This document shows positions 1-8,122 of a DNA stretch of 64,000 nt, in pieces. The stretch spans positions 150,020 through 214,019 of the forward strand of contig CAZUXT010000002.1 in the NCBI GenBank assembly GCA_964624145.1. The letters are read 5' to 3'. The notes below the pieces were generated by a model. That model ran no database searches and was not told where the DNA came from. It worked only from the letters and a program-made list of their open reading frames with translations. The translations under genes and the position numbers were made by a program. The stretch comes from an uncultured Eubacteriales bacterium (GTDB lineage: Bacteria > Acidobacteriota > Aminicenantia > Aminicenantales > Aminicenantaceae). Numbering within the stretch: the stretch's first letter is position 1; the number at the start of each line of letters is the position of its first letter.

Positions 1-1
1 G

Positions 2-697
2 GCCGAATACATGGGTATGGAAGATCCTGTGGGCCAAAAGCTTGTTTTTTGGGGGACGACAGGAACGATCATCGGAGTGACTCAAAATTGCCACCATGTC
101 TCCCTGCATCGGGAAATCATGCCGCACATCTATACCATCAATCCCCGCCACTACAATGCTTTGAAGTATGTTTTCATCAAAATTTCATCAGCAAATGTTC
201 CGGATACATTAGAATATATAAAGAAAACCTCAATGATCTATGCCCCGAACTTCCCCTATGAATACAATTTTATTGACCAGGGGATCCAAACCCTTTACCA
301 GTCTGAGCATAGACTGGGAAGGATTTTCAGTACCTTTGCTTTCCTTGCAATTTTTATATCCTGCCTGGGGATTTTCGGGCTGGCCTCCTTTACAGCCGAA
401 AAGAAAACCAAAGAAATTGGAATCCGTAAGGTCCTGGGTGCGCCTGTTTCTCATATTGTGATTCTCCTGTCCAAGGAGTTTTCCCGCTGGATCCTCCTGG
501 CCAATATCATAGCCTGGCCCATAGGCTGGTATGCTATGAGTAAATGGCTGCAAAGTTTTGCCTACCGGACCGGATTGAATCCGCTGCTGTTTATCTTTGC
601 AGGGCTGCTCTCAATAATGGTCGCGGCGCTTCCTGTAGGCTACCAGGCCGTAAAAGCGGCTGTCGCTGATCCTGTGGATTCTCTCCGCTACGAATAA
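2..697 (+). CDS. ABC transporter permease, FtsX/MacB family, C-terminal part (5' end lies outside the window)
   Basis: The frame is open from base 2. The C-terminal FtsX-type TM module carries the KEIGIRKVLGA motif and ends DPVDSLRYE. Confidence 0.8.
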   Translation, partial: AEYMGMEDPVGQKLVFWGTTGTIIGVTQNCHHVSLHREIMPHIYTINPRHYNALKYVFIKISSANVPDTLEYIKKTSMIYAPNFPYEYNFIDQGIQTLYQSEHRLGRIFSTFAFLAIFISCLGIFGLASFTAEKKTKEIGIRKVLGAPVSHIVILLSKEFSRWILLANIIAWPIGWYAMSKWLQSFAYRTGLNPLLFIFAGLLSIMVAALPVGYQAVKAAVADPVDSLRYE

Positions 698-726
698 TCC
701 CTTCTTTTCTCTTCCTATAAATTATT

Positions 727-1839
727 TCAATCAAGCGTGACAAACAGATCCAGGAATTCCTTGGCAAAGGGCGAACCTTCGATCCTGCCCGAACCCAGAG
801 ATTCAATGAACAGGCTGGTCAGTTCTTGACTATTAGCAAGCAGGATCAATGTTATATTTTTGTCAGGAACCTTTAAATACAATCCGGAAAATGTGGGCTG
901 CCAGCCTGTATGATATACTATTTTATGGTTTTTATATTCACCAATAAACCAGCCCAGGCCGTAAGGTATTTTTTGACCTTTGTTCAATTGGCCGGGAGTA
1001 AAGGCCAGTTCTCTTGATTCTGGAGTGATGAGCTGGTTGTTGTCCAAGGCTATGTCGAATTTGGCGAGATCTGTTACCGAGGATATAATCCCTGCGCCTG
1101 CGCCCAGTTGGGGATTCGGGTATTCTCCCAAAATCCATTCATTTTCTTCATTTTTATAATATGGTTTAGCCAGTTTTTCTAATACTTCTGGTTTTGTGGT
1201 ATCGGTTTGCATTGGGATTGAATGGGTCATGTTCAGTTTCTGAATAATATCTTCTCTGATGAGTTGTTCAAAATTTTTCTCTGAAACATGATCAACGACC
1301 CTTGATAAGGGGCTGTATAAAAAGCCACTGTAATGGAAATACTCTCCAGGGACACCTTCGCAGGTTTGCGTCAGATGATGCCTTAAAGTGATATCGTATT
1401 TTTTATAATTATATTCTGACATCAATGCCGTCAAATCTGGTTGATTGTCTTCAAGCCATTTCTTCACATTGTCAAAATACTCAACATAACTGGGCCAGTA
1501 GTTTTTAATGGCTCCATCCAGATCAAGTTTGCCTTGCTCCACTAATCTCAGAATAATAGTGGAGGCTATGGGTTTGGTTATGGAGGCTATTCGATAAGGG
1601 GTTGAGGCTGTAGCCGGAATCTTGTTCTCTACATCAGCATAACCATATCCTTTGGAGAAGATGATATGCTGGTTATAAAGCACAGCCACAGAAATAGAGG
1701 GAATTTCGTACTTTTGCCTTAAATCTTCAATCTTTTCATCATACTGATTGATTTGTTCATTGAAGCTGAAGGGGCTGCAGTGCAGCATCAATAAAATCAG
1801 GGAGAACACAATGGAAAAGGTCAAATATATTTTGGGCAT
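727..1839 (-). CDS. Exported serine hydrolase, beta-lactamase/PBP (class C-like) family
   Basis: 370 aa with an N-terminal signal-like hydrophobic segment and the SxxK active-site motif (RIASITKP) in a beta-lactamase-like context. Confidence 0.8.
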   Translation of the reverse strand: MPKIYLTFSIVFSLILLMLHCSPFSFNEQINQYDEKIEDLRQKYEIPSISVAVLYNQHIIFSKGYGYADVENKIPATASTPYRIASITKPIASTIILRLVEQGKLDLDGAIKNYWPSYVEYFDNVKKWLEDNQPDLTALMSEYNYKKYDITLRHHLTQTCEGVPGEYFHYSGFLYSPLSRVVDHVSEKNFEQLIREDIIQKLNMTHSIPMQTDTTKPEVLEKLAKPYYKNEENEWILGEYPNPQLGAGAGIISSVTDLAKFDIALDNNQLITPESRELAFTPGQLNKGQKIPYGLGWFIGEYKNHKIVYHTGWQPTFSGLYLKVPDKNITLILLANSQELTSLFIESLGSGRIEGSPFAKEFLDLFVTLD

Positions 1840-2050
1840 GCTTTACTCCGTTTTTGGGATTTATATATCTTCAGCATTTTCTACGGGAAAACCGGAAGAA
1901 AGGTTTATTATAATTTCTTCCAAGTTTTGTTGTGGCTCGTTTTATGAAAGTTCCTTTCCCCAGCCCGATTCTTTTTGACTGAAATCGTTTCCTTTTTCCC
2001 TGATATCATAAAATCATTTGGATTCGATTATCCAATTGAAAATATTTTAC

Positions 2051-2079
2051 TTGACATTGTATTATTTATATATATAAAT
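2051..2079 (+). promoter_or_regulatory. Candidate sigma70-type promoter of the arsR-hydrogenase operon
   Basis: TTGACA at 2051-2056, then TATAAA after a 16-nt spacer (2073-2078) or ATAAAT after a 17-nt spacer. It lies about 90 nt upstream of the ArsR ATG in an AT-rich spacer. Confidence 0.4.
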
Positions 2080-2080
2080 A
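2063..2080. promoter_or_regulatory. Perfect 18-bp palindrome TATTTATATATATAAATA; candidate repressor operator overlapping the -10 region
   Basis: Checked base by base: all 9 pairs are complementary. It overlaps the spacer and -10 of the candidate promoter directly upstream of an ArsR-family gene. Confidence 0.3.
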
Positions 2081-2166
2081 TAGCAATATAAAAATACGTA
2101 TGTAAAGAATGGTTAATGAGAGAGGCGTGATTCAACTTTTTTTACTATGAAAGGGGAATTCTATCA

Positions 2167-2445
2167 ATGAAAGAGATGTATATAAAGGAAAGTGAGATCT
2201 TAAAAGCTATTTCTCATCCTGTGCGTTTGCATATCATAGATCTCCTGCTCATAGGGATCCCTAAGGATGCCTGCAGCGTTAATTCGATACAGAAAGAATT
2301 GGACATCCCTCAACCCACCATTTCTCAACACCTCCAGGTACTAAAAAACCACGGGATCATTGACGGAGAAAAAAAGGGCGTTAAAGTGTGTTATAAGGTG
2401 GTTGACAAGCGTGTGGCCAAAATTTTGCAGGTATTAAAAAAATAA
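2167..2445 (+). CDS. ArsR/SmtB-family winged-HTH transcriptional regulator
   Basis: 92 aa with ISHPVRLHIIDLL ... TISQHLQVLKNHGII, typical of the ArsR HTH. There is no ELCVCDL-type metal site. Confidence 0.85.
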   Translation: MKEMYIKESEILKAISHPVRLHIIDLLLIGIPKDACSVNSIQKELDIPQPTISQHLQVLKNHGIIDGEKKGVKVCYKVVDKRVAKILQVLKK

Positions 2446-2454
2446 CTCAATATC

Positions 2455-2928
2455 ATGCAAAAGAAGAAAATTGTTCTTATCGGGATCGGAAACAGTCTGC
2501 TCTCGGATGATGGTATCGGTCCTTTTTTAGCAGAAAAGATTGGCCGGAAGCTTGATATCCCTTTCAATTCCGTAACACACCTTTCCCTTGACCTTTTGGA
2601 CCTTGTTCTTGGTCATCAGGTCATCTATATTTTTGATTCATTTCATAACTCTGAGCTCCCAGCGGGAGAGATCGTCCCTCTCACTCTCCGTGACCTGGAA
2701 TACCAGCAAAACCCTACTTATTCCCATGGCGTTACCATTCCTATCATATTCAGCATCGGAAAAAAGATTTATCCAGAAATGCCGGGAGACATCCGTATTT
2801 TCGGTATCAATGTCTCTGATAACCAGACTATATCAGAGTCTTTTTCGAATGAAATCAATAACAAACTTGAGGAAATCAGCAATCATTTATTAATAAAAAT
2901 CCAATACGATGCTGGAGGAAAAATATGA
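2455..2928 (+). CDS. [NiFe] hydrogenase maturation endopeptidase (HycI/HoxW/FrhD family)
   Basis: 157 aa. The N-terminal IVLIGIGNSLLSDDGIGP motif is typical of hydrogenase C-terminal processing proteases. Its stop overlaps the hdrA start by 4 nt. Confidence 0.8.
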   Translation: MQKKKIVLIGIGNSLLSDDGIGPFLAEKIGRKLDIPFNSVTHLSLDLLDLVLGHQVIYIFDSFHNSELPAGEIVPLTLRDLEYQQNPTYSHGVTIPIIFSIGKKIYPEMPGDIRIFGINVSDNQTISESFSNEINNKLEEISNHLLIKIQYDAGGKI

Positions 2929-4871
2929 AGGAGAAGGAACGTTTAGGGTTTTTCCTCTGTGAGTGCAGTAAGAATATTTCTGGCACAGTGGATGTCCATA
3001 AGATCAAGGACGAACTCCGGAAACTGCCGGATGTGGTTACAGCCAAAGTAACCAACCTGTACTGTTCCGCAGACGGAAAAGCTGAGATCATTGAAAGCAT
3101 CAAGAAGAACGAACTCACCAAAATTGTTATCGGAGGATGCTCTGTAAAGCAGCACGAACATACTTTTATGAAGGTGCTTGAAGAGGCGGGATTGAATCCT
3201 TATTTCATGCAGTTGGTCAACATCCGCGAGCATGTCGCCTGGGTGACAGATGACAAAGACAAGGCCACTGCCAAAGCCTTGGCTTTGCTCAAAGCAGCCT
3301 ATCACCGTGTCCAGTTCCATGAGGCTTTTGAGAAAAAAGAGATCGATGCCAATGCCGATGTTTTGGTTGTAGGCGGGGGATTGTCTGGGTGCGAGGCTGC
3401 CCTCAATCTTGCCTCGGAAGAGCGAAAAGTCTATCTGGTGGAAACCCAGCCAAGCCTGGGGGGACAGGCTACTAAATATGAGAATTCTTTTCCAGATCTG
3501 GAATGCTGTTCATGCATGATTTTGCCCAAACTGCAGGAGGTAGTGGAGAATCCCCATATTGAACTTCTTAATTACAGCGATGTTGAGGAAGTGGTGGGCT
3601 TTTTTGGTAATTTTGAAGCCACTATCAACAAAAAAGCCAAATACGTGGTTCCTGATAAGTGCATTGGCTGCAACGAATGTTTGGCGCCCTGCCCTGTGGA
3701 AGTTCCCAATGAGAATGATGATTTTCTTGGAAAGCGGAAAGCCATCCATTTTCAGGTCATAGGAGCGACTCCTTACTTTCCTGTTATTGACAAGGAGACC
3801 TGTCTGAGGTTCAAGGGCGAGGACTGCACAAAGTGCAGGGATGCCTGTCTGTTCGAAGCCATAGACTATGATGATAAGGACGAAAAGACCACTATTTCTG
3901 TGGGCTCTGTGGTTTTAGCCACAGGATTTGAATCGTTTGATCCGGCTGAGATCCCAAATTTGAATTTCTCTCCGGGAACTGAGGTCTATACAGCGCTGCA
4001 GTTCGAACGGATGATCTCCAATACAGGACCCACGTCAGGAAAACTGCTCAAACGAGACGGCACCAAACCAAAATCATTGGTCATGATCCACTGTGTGGGA
4101 AGCCGCGACAAACGCTACAAAAATTACTGTTCCAATATCTGCTGTTCCGTGCTGCTGAAAATGAGTTCTCAAATACTGGAAGAGAAATTGGCTGAAGGAA
4201 TCCGGATCACCCATGTGTACCGTGATATGACTATTGGTTCCACGGGCATGGAAAATATGTATGAAAACCTAAAAGAAGAAGGAGTCAAGTTCATTAAGGT
4301 TTCTAATCCCAATAATATCAGCCTCAACTCACAGAACGGGCAAATACAGGTTACTCTTCCTGAGGAGACTCTAAACGCGGATATGGTGGTACTGGCCACA
4401 GCTATGGTCCCGAACAAAAAAGCCGAGAAGCTCATTGACATGCTGATGCTGAGCAAGGATGAGGAAGGATTTGTGATGCCCACTCACAGAAAAATCGATG
4501 CGGTCTCAACGCCCATAGAAGGTGTGTTTGTGATCGGCAGTGCCAGCTATCCCAAAGACATCACGCACTCCATTATTGATGGTTCTGCGGCTGCCGGGAA
4601 GATAGCCTTTGAACTCAAGCCTGGAAAGAAACTTCAAATAGAGACCCTGGTATCGACCATAGACGAGGAAAAATGCTCCGGCTGCAAGACCTGCATTTCT
4701 ATTTGTCCGTATAAAGCTATTGGTTATGATAGCGAAAAGGGCATCTCTGTTATCAATGAGATCCTCTGCAGGGGCTGTGGATCCTGCGTGGCAGCATGCC
4801 CCTCAAATGCCATAACGGCCCGGCTTTTTGAAGATAACACGATTTTGGCTGAATTAGGAGGATTGTTATGA
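2925..4871 (+). CDS. hdrA: Heterodisulfide reductase subunit A-like flavoprotein (HdrA)
   Basis: 648 aa with FAD dinucleotide fold VLVVGGGLSGCEAA, HdrA signature HCVGSRDKRYKNYCSNICCS (CxGxRDx6-8CSxxCC), and ferredoxin motifs CIGCNECLAPCP and CSGCKTCISICP/CRGCGSCVAACP. GGAGG RBS upstream. Confidence 0.9.
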   Translation: MKEKERLGFFLCECSKNISGTVDVHKIKDELRKLPDVVTAKVTNLYCSADGKAEIIESIKKNELTKIVIGGCSVKQHEHTFMKVLEEAGLNPYFMQLVNIREHVAWVTDDKDKATAKALALLKAAYHRVQFHEAFEKKEIDANADVLVVGGGLSGCEAALNLASEERKVYLVETQPSLGGQATKYENSFPDLECCSCMILPKLQEVVENPHIELLNYSDVEEVVGFFGNFEATINKKAKYVVPDKCIGCNECLAPCPVEVPNENDDFLGKRKAIHFQVIGATPYFPVIDKETCLRFKGEDCTKCRDACLFEAIDYDDKDEKTTISVGSVVLATGFESFDPAEIPNLNFSPGTEVYTALQFERMISNTGPTSGKLLKRDGTKPKSLVMIHCVGSRDKRYKNYCSNICCSVLLKMSSQILEEKLAEGIRITHVYRDMTIGSTGMENMYENLKEEGVKFIKVSNPNNISLNSQNGQIQVTLPEETLNADMVVLATAMVPNKKAEKLIDMLMLSKDEEGFVMPTHRKIDAVSTPIEGVFVIGSASYPKDITHSIIDGSAAAGKIAFELKPGKKLQIETLVSTIDEEKCSGCKTCISICPYKAIGYDSEKGISVINEILCRGCGSCVAACPSNAITARLFEDNTILAELGGLL

Positions 4872-5320
4872 CCGAGACAAGATTTGAACCCAACATTATT
4901 GCTTTTGTCTGCAATTGGTGTTCTTACGGAGGAGCGGACATTGCAGGCAGCATGAGATTGAAATACCCGTCCAATATCAAGCTGATCCGGGTCATGTGTT
5001 CAGGGCGGGTGGATCCTGAATTCATTATGGAAGCTTTTCGCAGCGGCGCTGACGGAGTCATGGTTCTGGGCTGCCATCCCAAAGACTGTCATTACATAGA
5101 AGGAAATTACAAGGCCCTGAAACGCTACAGTATGCTGAAACCTTTGTTAGATCAGTTCAATATTGAGCAGGACCGGCTTTATCTTGACTGGGTCTCAGCA
5201 TCAGAAGGCGAAAAATTCGCCCGTGTTTCTAGAGAGATGAATGAAAGGATAACGAAACTGGGGCCGTTGAACTGGAAAAAAGCCGTTGGTCCTATACGAA
5301 GCGCGGAGGTGTCATCATGA
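4868..5320 (+). CDS. mvhD: Methyl-viologen-reducing hydrogenase delta subunit (MvhD)
   Basis: 150 aa with the FVCNWCSYGGADIAG and MCSGRVDPEFI motifs characteristic of MvhD/FlpD. Overlaps hdrA by 4 nt. Confidence 0.9.
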   Translation: MTETRFEPNIIAFVCNWCSYGGADIAGSMRLKYPSNIKLIRVMCSGRVDPEFIMEAFRSGADGVMVLGCHPKDCHYIEGNYKALKRYSMLKPLLDQFNIEQDRLYLDWVSASEGEKFARVSREMNERITKLGPLNWKKAVGPIRSAEVSS

Positions 5321-6291
5321 GTGACAAACCAAAAATAGCCATATACTGGTGTTCCAGCTGCGGTGGTTGTGAAGAAGCCATCGTGGATTTAAATGAGGCT
5401 ATTCTTGATGTGGTGGATGCGGTGGACATTGTGTTCTGGCCTGTGGCTATGGATTTCAAATATGACGATGTGAGAAATCTTGAAGACGGAGAACTCCTGG
5501 CGTCCTTTATAAACGGCGGGATCCGTCTTTCCGAACAGGAGGAAATCGTCAAGCTGCTGAGGAAGAAGTCTCAGCTTGTGTTTGCCTTCGGAAGCTGTGC
5601 TGTTATGGGCGGAGTTCCGGGGCTGGCCAACATGACGAACCGGGAGGGAGTTTTCACAAGGGTCTACAAAGAGATCGAATCTAATGACAACCCGGAAAAT
5701 ATCGTCCCCCAAACAGAGTTTAAACTGGACGGTAAATATGACCTGGAGCTTCCCGAGTTTTATGATTCAGTTTATCCTCTGGACCAGATCATTCCTGTGG
5801 ATTATTACATCCCTGGCTGTGCTCCTTCTCCCGAGACCATAACAGATGCGTTTACAGCTATTCTTAAAGGCGAACTTCCGGAAAAAGGCAGTGTGCTCAG
5901 CCCCACAAAATCCTTGTGTGACACCTGTCCCAGAAAAGATACCAAGCCGGATAAAATAGAAATTGAGAGATTCGTTGAGCCCCAACATTATGATAAGCTG
6001 GATGATGGGAGATGTTTTCTGGAGGCAGGTATCATCTGCATGGGGCCGGCCACAAGGGGAGGATGTGGTGAACGCTGCATCAATGCCAACATGCCCTGCC
6101 GGGGTTGCTACGGGCCTCCCAATGATGTCAAAGACCAGGGAGTGCGTATGATGAGTGCTCTGGCGTCCCTTATCAAAACGGATGAAGAAGAAGAGATTCC
6201 AAAGGTCATTGAAACCTTGCCTGATTTGATAGGTCCTCTTTATATGTACGGATTACCGAGCTCGATTCTGTTCCGCAAAAATATTAAATAA
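5317..6291 (+). CDS. mvhG: [NiFe] hydrogenase small subunit, Mvh/F420-non-reducing type (MvhG)
   Basis: 324 aa with IAIYWCSSCGGCEEAIVDL (proximal cluster Cys), FGSCA and YIPGCAPSP motifs, and C-terminal Cys clusters. Confidence 0.85.
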   Translation: MSDKPKIAIYWCSSCGGCEEAIVDLNEAILDVVDAVDIVFWPVAMDFKYDDVRNLEDGELLASFINGGIRLSEQEEIVKLLRKKSQLVFAFGSCAVMGGVPGLANMTNREGVFTRVYKEIESNDNPENIVPQTEFKLDGKYDLELPEFYDSVYPLDQIIPVDYYIPGCAPSPETITDAFTAILKGELPEKGSVLSPTKSLCDTCPRKDTKPDKIEIERFVEPQHYDKLDDGRCFLEAGIICMGPATRGGCGERCINANMPCRGCYGPPNDVKDQGVRMMSALASLIKTDEEEEIPKVIETLPDLIGPLYMYGLPSSILFRKNIK

Positions 6292-6304
6292 ACGCAGAAA
6301 AACA

Positions 6305-7819
6305 ATGACCCCCGAATGTTTTAAAGAAAAGGCAAATGAGATGGAGGAAAAAGTGAGTAATAAACATATATCAATTTCACCGATCACAAGATTGGAAGGC
6401 CACGGCAACATCGAAATTTTTCTCAATGATGAGGGCAATGTGGAACGGGCTGTACTTCAAGTGCCGGAACTGCGGGGATTTGAGAAATTTTCAGAGGGCA
6501 GATCCTCTGTGGAAATGCCCCGCATCACCCCCAAGATCTGCGGCGTATGCCCTACAGCTCATCACATGGCTTCGCAAAAGACCCTTGATGACCTCTATCA
6601 TGTGGATCCGCCCGCCACAGCGAAAAAGATCCGTGAGCTGATGTATTCAGCTTTCATGATCGAGGACCATGCTCTCCATTTTTACTTTCTAGGAGGGCCT
6701 GATTTTGTGGTGGGCCCTGATGCGCCCAAAGGCTCACGCAATATCCTGGGTGTGATCGATAAAGTCGGTCTGGATGCCGCCAAAGTGGTTATCAAGAACC
6801 GCAAACAGTGCCGCGAGATCATTACAGATCTTGGAGGACGGGTGATCCACCCTGTGAGCGGACTGCCCGGAGGTGTATCCAAAGGCATTACCAAAGAAGA
6901 CCAGGAAAAATTCAAAAAGTATGCGGATGAGGCAGTGGCATTCGCTCAGTTTACGGTTCAGCTTTTCAAAGACGTTGTGCTGAAAAATGATGAATACGTA
7001 AAGATCATCACTTCTGACCCCTACACACATAAGACCTATTATATGGGGCTTGTGGATGAGAACAACCATGTCAATTTCTATGACGGCCAGCTGCGTGTTG
7101 TGGATCCTGAAGGAAAAGAATTCGCCAAATTCAATGGGAGCGATTACAAGGAGCACATAAGCGAGCATGTGGAAAAATGGAGCTATATCAAATTCCCGTT
7201 CCTTAAGAACATAGGATGGAAGGGATTCGTGGACGGCAAAGACAGCGGGGTTTACCGTGTGGCGCCTCTGGCCCGTCTCAACGCATCTGACGGCATGGCC
7301 ACCCCTCTGGCTCAGAAAGAATACGATTACATGTACGACACTCTGGGCGGCAAACCCGTGCACCACACGCTGGCTTTTCACTGGGCGCGGGTAGTCGAAC
7401 TCTTGTATGCCAGCGAAAGGCTTCAGGAACTGGCTCATGACGAAGATATCCTTAAGTCTGATATCCGGACTCTTCCTGATTCCGTTCCCACAGAAGGAGT
7501 GGGTGTGGTGGAAGCTCCGCGGGGAGTCCTGATACACAATTACATGACAGATGAAAGAGGCATCATACAAAAAGCCAATCTGCTGGTAGCTACGGTTCAC
7601 AATTCAGCTCCTATTGCCATGAGCGTTGAGAAGGCAGCCAAAGGAGTTATCAAGAATTTTCAGGTGGATGACGGAATGCTCAATAAAGTGGAAATGGCTT
7701 TCCGTGCTTATGATCCCTGTCTCGCGTGCGCCACTCATTCTCTTCCCGGGAACATGCCCCTGAGGGTCAAGATCTTTAAATCCGACCGTACGGTTCATGA
7801 TGTGATCGAGAGAGCTTGA
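6305..7819 (+). CDS. mvhA: [NiFe] hydrogenase large subunit, group 3c (MvhA-like)
   Basis: 504 aa with N-terminal RLEGHG, the L1 motif KICGVCPTAHH and the C-terminal L2 motif DPCLACATH. A 25-aa tail follows, the expected substrate of the maturation protease. Confidence 0.9.
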   Translation: MTPECFKEKANEMEEKVSNKHISISPITRLEGHGNIEIFLNDEGNVERAVLQVPELRGFEKFSEGRSSVEMPRITPKICGVCPTAHHMASQKTLDDLYHVDPPATAKKIRELMYSAFMIEDHALHFYFLGGPDFVVGPDAPKGSRNILGVIDKVGLDAAKVVIKNRKQCREIITDLGGRVIHPVSGLPGGVSKGITKEDQEKFKKYADEAVAFAQFTVQLFKDVVLKNDEYVKIITSDPYTHKTYYMGLVDENNHVNFYDGQLRVVDPEGKEFAKFNGSDYKEHISEHVEKWSYIKFPFLKNIGWKGFVDGKDSGVYRVAPLARLNASDGMATPLAQKEYDYMYDTLGGKPVHHTLAFHWARVVELLYASERLQELAHDEDILKSDIRTLPDSVPTEGVGVVEAPRGVLIHNYMTDERGIIQKANLLVATVHNSAPIAMSVEKAAKGVIKNFQVDDGMLNKVEMAFRAYDPCLACATHSLPGNMPLRVKIFKSDRTVHDVIERA

Positions 7820-7820
7820 T

Positions 7821-8065
7821 ATGGGGACGTCCCATTAGGGGCCACCCTAGTCTAGAACCCCGCACTTACATACGGGGATTACTACAGAATGTAAGCTTCC
7901 CTTTTTCGACTTCGTCTGAACCCATTCATCTAAGGATTTACGCCCGCAGAATTGCGGTGGTGTATTAAGTGGAAATATTCCAAAGGGAGACAATCTAGAA
8001 TATTTTTTTAATATCCAACGGGTTCAGTAATATAGGGTGGTACCTTATGGAGCGTCCCCCATAAC
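7821..8065. repeat. MITE-like intergenic element with ~30-nt terminal inverted repeats, copy 1
   Basis: About 90% identical (by eye) to 12196-12439 in the same orientation. Termini are ATGGGGACGTCCCAT... and ...ATGGAGCGTCCCCCAT. No ORF is shared by both copies. Confidence 0.85.
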
Positions 8066-8122
8066 TTTTTTTGACATATCCACTCCTCTGTGATAAAAGC
8101 GAAACAAAGGAGACTATTTATA

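Noticed and set aside
1894-1921. Hairpin GGAAGAAA-N12-TTTCTTCC as a terminator.
   Set aside because: It has no following T-tract on either strand and lies upstream of both divergent genes, so there is nothing to terminate.
6734-7600. 288-aa ORF antisense to mvhA, and similar long antisense ORFs (for example 49214-49804, 43588-44112, 20997-21536, 52336-52815).
   Set aside because: Each lies entirely inside a well-supported gene on the opposite strand. They have low-complexity, atypical composition and no RBS or recognisable motifs, so they are typical shadow ORFs.
7821-8065. The repeated 245-bp element as a structured ncRNA, ribozyme or transposon guide (omega/HEARO-like) RNA.
   Set aside because: With only two copies, the substitutions I could inspect do not look compensatory. 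For example, the TAACC-AACG-GGTTA hairpin of copy 2 is disrupted in copy 1 by unpaired T and C changes. No tnpB or iscB-type gene is adjacent, and I saw no hammerhead or twister core motifs. This is not excluded, but a DNA-level TIR element is the simpler reading.
7819-8067. TA target-site duplication (IS630/Tc1-mariner style) flanking the element.
   Set aside because: Copy 1 can be read as TA|TGGGG...CCCCA|TA. Copy 2 has AA on its left side (gtataA A|TGGGG), so a consistent TSD cannot be claimed from two copies.
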